DNA from: a virus
Lineage: Duplodnaviria; Caudoviricetes
IMG/VR virus record: IMGVR_UViG_3300048561_000014
Coordinates: 1 to 40,480 of that record
Length of the DNA: 40,480 nucleotides
Strand: one strand, 5' to 3'
Shown here: positions 18,046 to 26,147 of the stretch, piece by piece
Layout of the letters: each line of letters opens with the position of its first letter
Position numbering within the stretch: the stretch's first letter is position 1
The notes under the pieces: model-generated
Seen by the model: the letters and a program-made list of their open reading frames with translations, nothing else
Database searches by the model: none
Told to the model about the DNA's origin: nothing
Translations under genes and position numbers: made by a program

Positions 18046-19904
18046 GCAGATAAAGACTTTAAACGTATTAACTTACGACTACCATCCAATCTCTTTTGAA
18101 CTGCAAACACTTGCGAGCCTTGCTCATACATACGACCAGTACTTTCCTGAACTGCATTTACTATTGAGCTACCAATCTCCTTTACTGAGTTGTTTACTAA
18201 TTGCAAGTGATTCAACATTAAGAAATCATTGCCTTTACCAATATCAATACCACTACCAGCAAGCATAGCCATTGATTTTTCATGTGGTATAATTTCAGTG
18301 CCACGCTTAAGATGCGTGAGAGTTGCTTCACTTGGTGATAACATTAAACCTTGTCCGGGCACATTCATTAACTCAGCTCCTCGCTCACCGACAAACGCAA
18401 GACCTTCTGGTGAACTTGAAGTACCTTTAAAAAATCCTTGCACATTATTTATTTTTGCAACCGAGCTTAAACCATTGGCAATAACAGCAGCAACGGCAAA
18501 GAACTTAGCAACGAATGGAAGTTTAGGATCAGCTAGTGTTTGAGTAGCCGCTAAGTATGTGTTCATTATAGCATTGGCATTAGCAAAAACTTTTTGTGCA
18601 ATAGTGCCTTTCTTTAAAGTGTTAGCTAACGAGCCAAGACTATTGGAAACCATTTGAGCATAACCAAGTTGCTCTTTTCTTTTTTCGTTATCAACTGCAA
18701 CTGCATCAGTGTTGAACTTAGTAGCTTCAGCAGTGGTAATACTTGCTGCTGCCTCATTTAATTTACCAGTTATAACAGCCTCTTGAGTAGGCAGCACATC
18801 CTTAATAACAGTCTGTTGATACTCCATATCAGCAGTGCGTGCCAGTACTTCCATTCTATGTCTACCATCAACAGCTGCCTTCAACTCATTCTCAAGATCA
18901 ATTTTTTGCTTGGCAAACTTTTTAGTAGCATCATAATAATTCTGCTCTACAGTAGCCAGCGCACCAATAGCTTCTGCCTGCGCTTTCTTATTTTCAATGG
19001 TAGGATCATCACTTGCATTTTTGTTAGCTATCTCCAATTTGGTTTTAGCAAACTCCATTTCCTTATCCATCAAACCTTGCTCAAGTGCAATAGCCTGATT
19101 AACTAAATCAAGACGCGCTTGACCTTCAACCTCCATTGCCTGATTGCGTAGCTTAGCAGCATCGCGAGCTACTTCAGCACGTTGGACAATCAACTCACGC
19201 TCTTGCGTATTAAATTTTTCTTCAAGGTCAGCAATGCGGTTTCCTTCTTTAACTATGTCATCAACCCAACCTTTAACAGCAGCAGATGCATTTGGAAAAA
19301 CTTTCTCCGCTATACCACCGATCCACTCGAATGCTTTTCCTAATGTATTGAAGATCGCTTCACCAGCTAACTCAATATAGTCAGTAATCAACTCCAATAC
19401 TTCCGCACCAATAGCCATTGCACGATTAAAACGGTTTTGTCCTTCTTCGCTGCCTTTGAAGTAGGCACTCAGTGCTCCAATACCAGCAGCTAAGGCAGCA
19501 ATAGCAAGCCCGATTGGCGTCATTAAAAATGCTGCGGCTGCTTTAGCCATAGCCATAAATCCTTTTACTGCACCAACTTGTGCAGGTGCTAACTCATTAA
19601 GTGAATCAGTAGTTTGCTTAAATGCTTTGTTAGAATCTTGTTGCGTCTTCGTTTGCTTCTTTACAGTATCATCCAGTTTCTTTTCGTTACGATCAAGTAC
19701 CAGTAAATCATCAGCGAGCTTCTTAGTGTCTTTACTTGTTGCTTTAGTAACTTCACCAGACTCCTTGAAAGTCTTTTCCATGTTCTTACCTGACTGCCGT
19801 AAATTGTCAAGAGTACCAAGCACATCTTCCAAAGTACCTTGTAGCTCCTGAAGTGGTGCACTCAGGTTATCACCAAAAATATCTTCCCTGTTAATTTCGG
19901 CCAT
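18042..19904 (-). CDS. Tail tape measure protein
   Basis: Ala-rich helical protein; TPIGLAIAALAAGIGAL segment; C-terminal FKGT....GLAFVGERGAEL...GTEIIPH. Confidence 0.85.
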   Translation of the reverse strand: MAEINREDIFGDNLSAPLQELQGTLEDVLGTLDNLRQSGKNMEKTFKESGEVTKATSKDTKKLADDLLVLDRNEKKLDDTVKKQTKTQQDSNKAFKQTTDSLNELAPAQVGAVKGFMAMAKAAAAFLMTPIGLAIAALAAGIGALSAYFKGSEEGQNRFNRAMAIGAEVLELITDYIELAGEAIFNTLGKAFEWIGGIAEKVFPNASAAVKGWVDDIVKEGNRIADLEEKFNTQERELIVQRAEVARDAAKLRNQAMEVEGQARLDLVNQAIALEQGLMDKEMEFAKTKLEIANKNASDDPTIENKKAQAEAIGALATVEQNYYDATKKFAKQKIDLENELKAAVDGRHRMEVLARTADMEYQQTVIKDVLPTQEAVITGKLNEAAASITTAEATKFNTDAVAVDNEKRKEQLGYAQMVSNSLGSLANTLKKGTIAQKVFANANAIMNTYLAATQTLADPKLPFVAKFFAVAAVIANGLSSVAKINNVQGFFKGTSSSPEGLAFVGERGAELMNVPGQGLMLSPSEATLTHLKRGTEIIPHEKSMAMLAGSGIDIGKGNDFLMLNHLQLVNNSVKEIGSSIVNAVQESTGRMYEQGSQVFAVQKRLDGSRKLIRLKSLSA

Positions 19905-20502
19905 TAGTAGGTTTATTTTTATTTGCTACTATCTTACTATATTCATTGAAGCGAGCAAGTGTTACATTATCATCAACCGCAAACCCAAGTCCGGCACTTA
20001 CCTCTGCCAGTAACTCGTCTGCACTTTTACGTTTAACACTTTTCGCCATTGCTATAATCTCCTCCATTTGTGAGTTAGCCAAACCAATTTTTGTTGATAA
20101 GTTGCTGACTCTCCTTAATCCTGCGTTGATTGACTCAAGATATTTTTTATCATTATCAGTACTAATCTTGTAACCTCTCAAGCGCAAATCATTTATAATA
20201 ACTTCATCAATCTTTATTGCTATCATTAACAAACTCGCTTTCTCCACTAAGTACTTTGCGGCCAGTGCCGATTTTTTCAAAAACGTTTTGGTATAGAAGT
20301 TGAATTGGCTGTTGTCTGTTGCTTCTGCATTATCTTTAATTATCTGCAACCAAGCCTCGTTATAATCCAACCCACCAAGCAGCTCAGTCTTACCAGTGTT
20401 AACAATTTCAATGAACAGGCGAAACGGAATATTATGATAAGTCCAATTCGTCTTTAATTTTTTTAATGAAAGCAGGCAGTATGTGATCTTTAGCCAACTC
20501 AT
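19891..20502 (-). CDS. Tail assembly chaperone-like protein (start uncertain)
   Basis: Directly upstream of tape measure; usable starts lie inside the upstream gene. Confidence 0.55.
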   Translation of the reverse strand: MSWLKITYCLLSLKKLKTNWTYHNIPFRLFIEIVNTGKTELLGGLDYNEAWLQIIKDNAEATDNSQFNFYTKTFLKKSALAAKYLVEKASLLMIAIKIDEVIINDLRLRGYKISTDNDKKYLESINAGLRRVSNLSTKIGLANSQMEEIIAMAKSVKRKSADELLAEVSAGLGFAVDDNVTLARFNEYSKIVANKNKPTNGRN

Positions 20503-20848
20503 TAATCGCAACTTTATCAAGGCCGAATATTGTTTCACCATAACGCTCTACTAACATGTCTCGTTTCTCATCACTCGAATCAATTACTATTGGAAAGCTA
20601 CCAGTACGCTCAACAAAAAATCCCTGATAGAAAAATCCTTGGTCATACAATCTTATTTTTCCAGGTTTGTTTGCATATGGTGGCATTGACTTACCATCAC
20701 TTTTCTTTCCTTCCCATAGCATTGACTTGTTAGCCTCTGTTATCTGATCCTCCAATTCATAAACAACTTCAAGCTGAAGTACTTCAAGGTTTTTTCCATA
20801 CATCACCTGTAGGGATAAAAGTTTTTCATGTAGTTGTTTCAGCGTCAT
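20432..20848 (-). CDS. Neck / tail-completion protein (HK97 gp10-like)
   Basis: LWEGKKSDG..M..Y......IRLYDQGFFYQGF pattern; RYGETIFGL. Confidence 0.6.
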   Translation of the reverse strand: MTLKQLHEKLLSLQVMYGKNLEVLQLEVVYELEDQITEANKSMLWEGKKSDGKSMPPYANKPGKIRLYDQGFFYQGFFVERTGSFPIVIDSSDEKRDMLVERYGETIFGLDKVAINELAKDHILPAFIKKIKDELDLS

Positions 20849-20853
20849 AAAAG

Positions 20854-20879
20854 TAAGGGCAGCTAAATCACTGCCCTTA
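20854..20879 (-). terminator. Hairpin / probable intrinsic terminator after major tail gene
   Basis: TAAGGGCAG-N8-CTGCCCTTA 9-bp stem with a short U tract on the - strand. Confidence 0.6.
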
Positions 20880-20883
20880 TTAG

Positions 20884-21759
20884 TTAAGGAACATTAACAG
20901 TAAGCGTATTGCCTGCTTCGTATACATCTACCGATAAGCTGGCAGAAGGCACGAGCGTTACAGTACCATCCACGAAAGTAGTTCCAGCCGTTAGTGTATA
21001 ACGTCCGGGCACTGTGGTAGACTCTGCAAGTGTTTTAGTTTGCGCTGCCCCTGCATCTGTTAAGAGTAGGAAGTCAGCCGCAATCAATCCAGTCAGAGGA
21101 GTATCCTCATCGCAACTGATGAAGGCGTCAATCACAATGGTTGAAGATGAAACCGAACCAACCAGCTCAAGCGTAACGTCAACGATGCTTAGTAACTCAT
21201 TAACAAAATCCTGACCATCTACAATCAAACCTTTCTTGCTCAACTCAGTCTCGTCTTTTAAAACGAAGTACACTGGTGAGTAAGTGCCTGCCGCTCCATC
21301 ACTGATTTTAATTTTCTCAGTGTTGAGCAATCCAAGTTTGAACCCACGGATATTTCCGTTCGCCATCTCTGTGCCAATGATCTGATTTTTCTTATCAATC
21401 AAAAACACGCGGTCACCTTTACCAGAATGTGTGGTCATGTTTTTATGCATGCACAATCCGGCATTGATCATAGCACGGAAACGATACTTGCCCTGATCTG
21501 CTAAGATGTCGCTGTTGATACCTTCGTCATAAACTGATTCAGTACTAACATCTTCAATCTTATCAAACTCAGGCCACAGGTAAATTCTTTCAGCCAACAC
21601 ATCTTGCAATGCAGTCTGCCAGTTAGTACTTACCAACGCTGCCGCAGGAGTTAATGAAAACCCCGGAGGCGTAATGATCATAGCTTTGAGAGGCCCAGGA
21701 AACTTCGTGCATCTGGTCACTCCTAAATTTTCTTTATCTACACAATTTTCTGCTGCCAT
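20884..21759 (-). CDS. Major tail tube protein with Ig-like C-terminal extension
   Basis: Position after terminator-like gene; N-terminal Cys pair; beta-rich C-terminal domain (ESTTVPGRYTLT); followed by hairpin. Confidence 0.7.
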   Translation of the reverse strand: MAAENCVDKENLGVTRCTKFPGPLKAMIITPPGFSLTPAAALVSTNWQTALQDVLAERIYLWPEFDKIEDVSTESVYDEGINSDILADQGKYRFRAMINAGLCMHKNMTTHSGKGDRVFLIDKKNQIIGTEMANGNIRGFKLGLLNTEKIKISDGAAGTYSPVYFVLKDETELSKKGLIVDGQDFVNELLSIVDVTLELVGSVSSSTIVIDAFISCDEDTPLTGLIAADFLLLTDAGAAQTKTLAESTTVPGRYTLTAGTTFVDGTVTLVPSASLSVDVYEAGNTLTVNVP

Positions 21760-21764
21760 TTATT

Positions 21765-22259
21765 TTAGCATTTAGTTGTTGAATTAATTCTCAAATTTGT
21801 AATCTCAATACCATCTAACGGATCATTAAAAATATACTTCGTGTTGCCTTCTTGCTCAGTGATACCAAGGAAGTGACGGTCTGTCTTTACATGTGGTGGA
21901 TACTTGTGAGAGCCTTCCCACATAAACAGACCGGAGTTTTTCAATTGTTTAAAGAACTCTATGTACAATGGATAGAGCACAGGACGAAAAATTTTATCCA
22001 TTCGCAGCTCTTCCGTATACTGTCCTTTGGTCAGCGTAGCGATAACGATGTTCAAATTGAATTGCTGAATACCTTCCACCACATCTTCAGACGTATCAAG
22101 TTTTAGTGCGATGAGTGGGTACTTTTCAGCTCGTGTATTCAAGCGAGCAGCAATAGACTTACGATGACCGTATATGTATTTGACAGAAGTTACTCCATCA
22201 ATAGCACTCACGTCCATCGCTTCTACCACTGTACCAATATCATCGACTACATACCTCAT
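21765..22259 (-). CDS. Tail terminator / head-tail joining protein
   Basis: Synteny; KYPLIAL...LNIVIATLT...IFRPVLYPLY pattern. Confidence 0.6.
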   Translation of the reverse strand: MRYVVDDIGTVVEAMDVSAIDGVTSVKYIYGHRKSIAARLNTRAEKYPLIALKLDTSEDVVEGIQQFNLNIVIATLTKGQYTEELRMDKIFRPVLYPLYIEFFKQLKNSGLFMWEGSHKYPPHVKTDRHFLGITEQEGNTKYIFNDPLDGIEITNLRINSTTKC

Positions 22260-22936
22260 ATACCAAAAGAATTTATAAAACCTTGTGGCGTGTACTCATG
22301 CTCCACTGCATAGTCATCTTCATTTACATAAAGGAAACCATAGAGCGTGTTGTCAATACAATAGTGACCACCAGCTAACTCACTAAACTTATTGAAGGCG
22401 TTGGAGATTCTGAAAGCAGGACTAATGTCCACACCATTCTCGTTCGAAGCAACTACCATTCCGGCACCTGTGTGATTGTCATACGTATCACGCACCCATG
22501 CTTGGTAAATATATGGACGAAGTAATTCAGCCATACCAACCCACTCATAAGTTTTTTCCGCATAAACATAATCAGCACCGAAAAATAAATTTGCCCAAAC
22601 GTTATCAGTTACCTCTTCCCAGAAAGCAGAACCTTCAGCAGGTAGATTACTTGAACTACTTGTATGCACTTGTAACGAGCGCCATAACTTTCTATTGTAC
22701 GTGCGCTCATCATTAACTACATAATTGGTTGCAGTAACCCATGCTGTAAGCAATGCAATCTGATCTACCATCTCATCATAGAATGCTTTACCAAGCAACT
22801 TCTTGAGAATGTATTCTTCCTTCTCCAGCATGTAGACACTGAACTCAGACGCTATGGCTGTAGCTTCATCCGTTGTCTCCTCTATATTAGGAAGTTTGTA
22901 AGGCAGTCTCGCAAAGTCGCTTGATAAAACAAACAT
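22256..22936 (-). CDS. Head-tail adaptor with inserted CBM5/12-like module
   Basis: Synteny; LKKLLGKAFYDE; insert AWVTATNYVVNDERTYNRKLWRSLQVHTS...P...SAFWEEV. Confidence 0.65.
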   Translation of the reverse strand: MFVLSSDFARLPYKLPNIEETTDEATAIASEFSVYMLEKEEYILKKLLGKAFYDEMVDQIALLTAWVTATNYVVNDERTYNRKLWRSLQVHTSSSSNLPAEGSAFWEEVTDNVWANLFFGADYVYAEKTYEWVGMAELLRPYIYQAWVRDTYDNHTGAGMVVASNENGVDISPAFRISNAFNKFSELAGGHYCIDNTLYGFLYVNEDDYAVEHEYTPQGFINSFGI

Positions 22937-22958
22937 AATGTAATCCGTTAGATTGTAC

Positions 22959-23414
22959 TTACTTACTCCTATGAATCTTTGCCGCTATGGTTGTCACCAT
23001 CGTGCCCGTACCAACCAATTGTACTCGGTAGTATGGAAAGGGTGAGCCATTAAGTCGCCAATGATAACCAGCAGTAGCATCCGCGATTGTATAAGTCGCA
23101 AGAGCTGTTGCAGTTTCAGCAGTGGTTAACGCTTTATAAGTAGTGCCATCAACACTTCCGAGAAGTGATAACGTTCCACCAGTTGTACCACTCACATCAG
23201 TTGCGAGGACTTGGATAACCGTACTGGAGTACGCCTCGCCATTCTGCTTCAACGGAACAATATTCCCAACCGTTGCCGTACCAGTGTTAGTTGCCGTGTC
23301 AGTAGCTAACGTGGTATAGGTCGAGTTGTACATTGCAAGCGTTTGAGCCTGCACACCAGCAATCGCAAAGGCTACCAGTGCGATTGATAAAAGAATGTTA
23401 TAAAACTTTTTCAT
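22959..23414 (-). CDS. Capsid-adjacent beta-sandwich protein with Sec signal peptide (decoration-protein position)
   Basis: MKKFYNILLSIALVAFAIAGVQA|Q from ATG 23414; mature part with GTLSLLGSVDGTTY and PYYRVQLVGTGT. Confidence 0.75.
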   Translation of the reverse strand: MKKFYNILLSIALVAFAIAGVQAQTLAMYNSTYTTLATDTATNTGTATVGNIVPLKQNGEAYSSTVIQVLATDVSGTTGGTLSLLGSVDGTTYKALTTAETATALATYTIADATAGYHWRLNGSPFPYYRVQLVGTGTMVTTIAAKIHRSK

Positions 23415-23448
23415 CTTTTTAATTTTCAATTTTTACTTCATTCAACTA

Positions 23449-24696
23449 TTAAGGTGTTTCGATGTTAGCAATTGCAGTTGCAATGTTGGAAACCTTGAAG
23501 AAACCACCTTCATCAACAGTGCGGATCAAAAGCGCAGTACGCTTGCGAGCCTTGATGGTCATGGTGTCCTTAGTGAACTGATCATCCACATAACCCATTT
23601 CCAATTCAATACCACCATCTTCGTAGATAGTACCGTACTTAGAGTCAATCACAGCAAGAGTGTTGGCAGTTACTTGTGCACTTTCCACAACCCTCATTCC
23701 CATAACTGTCTCACCGTTTGGCCCAACAAATGGAGGTAACAGGTAATGACCATCAGTTCCTTTCAACACCTTATACTTGAAGATGTCAACCGGATTCATC
23801 AACACAGCAGTTGGTGAATACTTCTTGTTACCTCCCATCATTGAAGAACGGAGGGCAGCAATCAGATCATATACATTCGCGTTGTCAACAGAGGCATTGT
23901 AACTTCCAGCAGCAAACAGCGTGTCAGTTGCAGAAGTGTAAAGCCCTTTCAAGTTTGGTGCAACACCAGAACCGGAGTACAGTTGGCTGTCCTCTTTCAA
24001 AGTCATGTTGATATTCAACAGACGATTGATTTCACCTTCGATGAAGTTCACATCTTTGAATGCCTCCATAGTAACAGGAATTGAATCCATGATCTTATAA
24101 AGGTTCAAAGAACGCTCTGTCCATGCCTGTACTGATTCAGGTGCTTCGGCTGCTTCTGCTTTTACATCAGCATTACGAGTTGCAGTGCTCTCGTCTACAT
24201 ACCGGATAACTCCGTTTGAGTCAGGAGAAATTTGTACGCTACGGAACAATGGCTTAATAACTGCATTCACATAATCAAGCTGACCAATCTCAGTCAAGCG
24301 CATTGCCTGAGTAGAGGACGATACAGCCGAACGTTCCACCAAAGTCTTACGAGCTACATTAGCTGGCAGAACAATTTTGAAAGCGGCTTCGCGTCCGTTC
24401 TTTGCAATAGCCTGCAGCTTTTCTTTATTAGCATGAAGAACCGAGCCAAGTGTTTGCTCATCGTTCTTCTTACCTTCAAGGAAAGTGGTAAGCTCCAGCC
24501 CTTGCTTCTCAATCGCCTCTTGTAACTTTTCAATTACTTTCGGATCAACTGAAACAGCCTTAAGTCTTTTTTCCAATTCGTCAGCAGTGATAACCTTTGA
24601 TAAGGCTTCAGCCACTTCCGTTTTAATTACTGCCTTGGTTTTCTCACCAGCAGCACCAAAGAGTTTCTCCAACTCCTTTTGAATTTCGTCATTCAT
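23449..24696 (-). CDS. Major capsid protein (HK97 fold) with N-terminal coiled-coil scaffold region
   Basis: 415 aa; KAEAAEAPES, EDSQLYSGSGVAPNLKGL, AVLMNPVD...KGTDGHYL, FTKDTMTIKARKR. Confidence 0.92.
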   Translation of the reverse strand: MNDEIQKELEKLFGAAGEKTKAVIKTEVAEALSKVITADELEKRLKAVSVDPKVIEKLQEAIEKQGLELTTFLEGKKNDEQTLGSVLHANKEKLQAIAKNGREAAFKIVLPANVARKTLVERSAVSSSTQAMRLTEIGQLDYVNAVIKPLFRSVQISPDSNGVIRYVDESTATRNADVKAEAAEAPESVQAWTERSLNLYKIMDSIPVTMEAFKDVNFIEGEINRLLNINMTLKEDSQLYSGSGVAPNLKGLYTSATDTLFAAGSYNASVDNANVYDLIAALRSSMMGGNKKYSPTAVLMNPVDIFKYKVLKGTDGHYLLPPFVGPNGETVMGMRVVESAQVTANTLAVIDSKYGTIYEDGGIELEMGYVDDQFTKDTMTIKARKRTALLIRTVDEGGFFKVSNIATAIANIETP

Positions 24697-24713
24697 TTCT
24701 TTTTTGTTTTGGT

Positions 24714-25514
24714 TTATAAAAAGTTATTTAAAATCGCGACCCTGTTCAATACGAATGGTGGTTGAACATTTTTTTGCTGAGTGTCATCAGACGGTTCAGC
24801 TTTGCCTAATGTTGGTGTCAGTACATTAGACCCTTCAAGTACGGCAGAAGTTTCAAGCAAAGCAGCTTCACGTATTGCCCAGAAGTAACCCTTCTTCTCA
24901 GCCTCAGCTCGGTTGCCAACTTTACCAATAACCTCTTGCCATACTTTATATTCGTTTGGATATTCCTCTTCGTCATTAACAGCAAGCGAAACATTTATGT
25001 AACGCATCGCTACACTGTGCTGATCAATCTCACCATTAAGGTAAGCGTCAAAAACTTTTTCATTCATACCTCGCTTCACTTCTGATTCAAGGAAGAGTGC
25101 CGTTGTCATACCAGTCTTACCAAGTCCAAGCTCACGCCAAGAAATTTTGCGCTCAGTATAGTTGAGTGATTTGCCAACTTTACTCAGCACTGAAAAGTTA
25201 TGATCATATAAATGCGGTGCTGGTCTGTTCTTCCGTTGCTCTATTGAGTTGGAGAATATACCCTCCAGATGCACATCACCGTGTGAGTCAAGGTAGTTAT
25301 ATGTGTTGGCAATGATCGTGCGCTTCAAGCTACCACCATCTTCATCGTCTTCATAGAGGTACTTACCTTTAGCTACCTCAGGGGTAAGTGATAAAGGATT
25401 GAAGCTAGTAGCATCCGCATGCTTAGTTGCTGCCTTCTTAGCATCAATCAGTTCCGCTTTATTAGCTACCAACCATTTGAATAACTCCTTGCCGGCGATG
25501 TTAGGTGTTTTCAT
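24714..25514 (-). CDS. Prohead protease
   Basis: NTYNYLDSHGDVH, HLYDH, IDQHSVAMRY, ETSAVLEGSNVLTP; lies between portal and capsid. Confidence 0.8.
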   Translation of the reverse strand: MKTPNIAGKELFKWLVANKAELIDAKKAATKHADATSFNPLSLTPEVAKGKYLYEDDEDGGSLKRTIIANTYNYLDSHGDVHLEGIFSNSIEQRKNRPAPHLYDHNFSVLSKVGKSLNYTERKISWRELGLGKTGMTTALFLESEVKRGMNEKVFDAYLNGEIDQHSVAMRYINVSLAVNDEEEYPNEYKVWQEVIGKVGNRAEAEKKGYFWAIREAALLETSAVLEGSNVLTPTLGKAEPSDDTQQKNVQPPFVLNRVAILNNFL

Positions 25515-25597
25515 TTCTTTACAATTTGCTTTGTATCAATTTTTTTCGCGCGCTCTTTAATCTCCTGAGCAATGCGTTCTTTAATTTTCTTTTCCAT
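25511..25597 (-). CDS. Basic micro-protein (28 aa), not in ORF track
   Basis: MEKKIKERIAQEIKERAKKIDTKQIVKK*; its TGA overlaps the protease ATG. Confidence 0.55.
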   Translation of the reverse strand: MEKKIKERIAQEIKERAKKIDTKQIVKK

Positions 25598-25820
25598 ACA
25601 ATTTCTTGCGCTCTTTACGCTTTGCGTTTTGTGCTGCGAGCATTGAGCCAAAAGACGATAAGCCTTTTTTCTTTGCAACAGTTTTCACTGCGGCAGCTTC
25701 ATCTTGAGTATCCTCTACTACATCAGGAGCAATCTCATCTTGAGTATCCTCTACTACATCAGGAGCAATCTCATCTTGAGCTTTCACTGATTCTTTAGTA
25801 ATTGTTTTTTTCTTTGCCAT
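25581..25820 (-). CDS. Small charged protein with internal 12-aa acidic repeat
   Basis: QDEIAPDVVEDT x2 plus QDE; basic termini. Confidence 0.65.
   Translation of the reverse strand: MAKKKTITKESVKAQDEIAPDVVEDTQDEIAPDVVEDTQDEAAAVKTVAKKKGLSSFGSMLAAQNAKRKERKKLYGKEN
25699..25780. repeat. 36-bp tandem repeat, about 2.3 copies
   Basis: TCATCTTGAGTATCCTCTACTACATCAGGAGCAATC at 25699 and 25735, partial copy at 25771. Confidence 0.9.
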
Positions 25821-25824
25821 AATA

Positions 25825-26142
25825 TTATTGATTTAATTTTTCTTTATACACCTTGTAAATATTATCTAACGAGCCTTTGAGAATTGAAGGTACATTACCA
25901 CCAACACCTTTAACAGTGCAGAATGTTCTCCACTTAGCATCATACTGTTTTATCTGCTCGTTGATTGAGTCATCAGTTATACAATCGCCCATAAGAAAGT
26001 TGATGAATGAATTTCGAAACCTGTCATGGAGTAACCCAAGTTCATTTTGCAAACGCTCTTGCTTGCGTCTTACAATACGTGACACATGGTTAGGTTTTTC
26101 TTCTATACCTAAACTGCCATTAACACTGTTATGTTTTTCCAT
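25825..26142 (-). CDS. Hypothetical protein
   Basis: 105-aa ORF after portal. Confidence 0.6.
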   Translation of the reverse strand: MEKHNSVNGSLGIEEKPNHVSRIVRRKQERLQNELGLLHDRFRNSFINFLMGDCITDDSINEQIKQYDAKWRTFCTVKGVGGNVPSILKGSLDNIYKVYKEKLNQ

Positions 26143-26147
26143 ATTAA

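Noticed and set aside
25699-25780. 36-bp repeat of CRISPR-like length
   Set aside because: Copies are head-to-tail with no spacers, in frame within a CDS, and no cas genes are present
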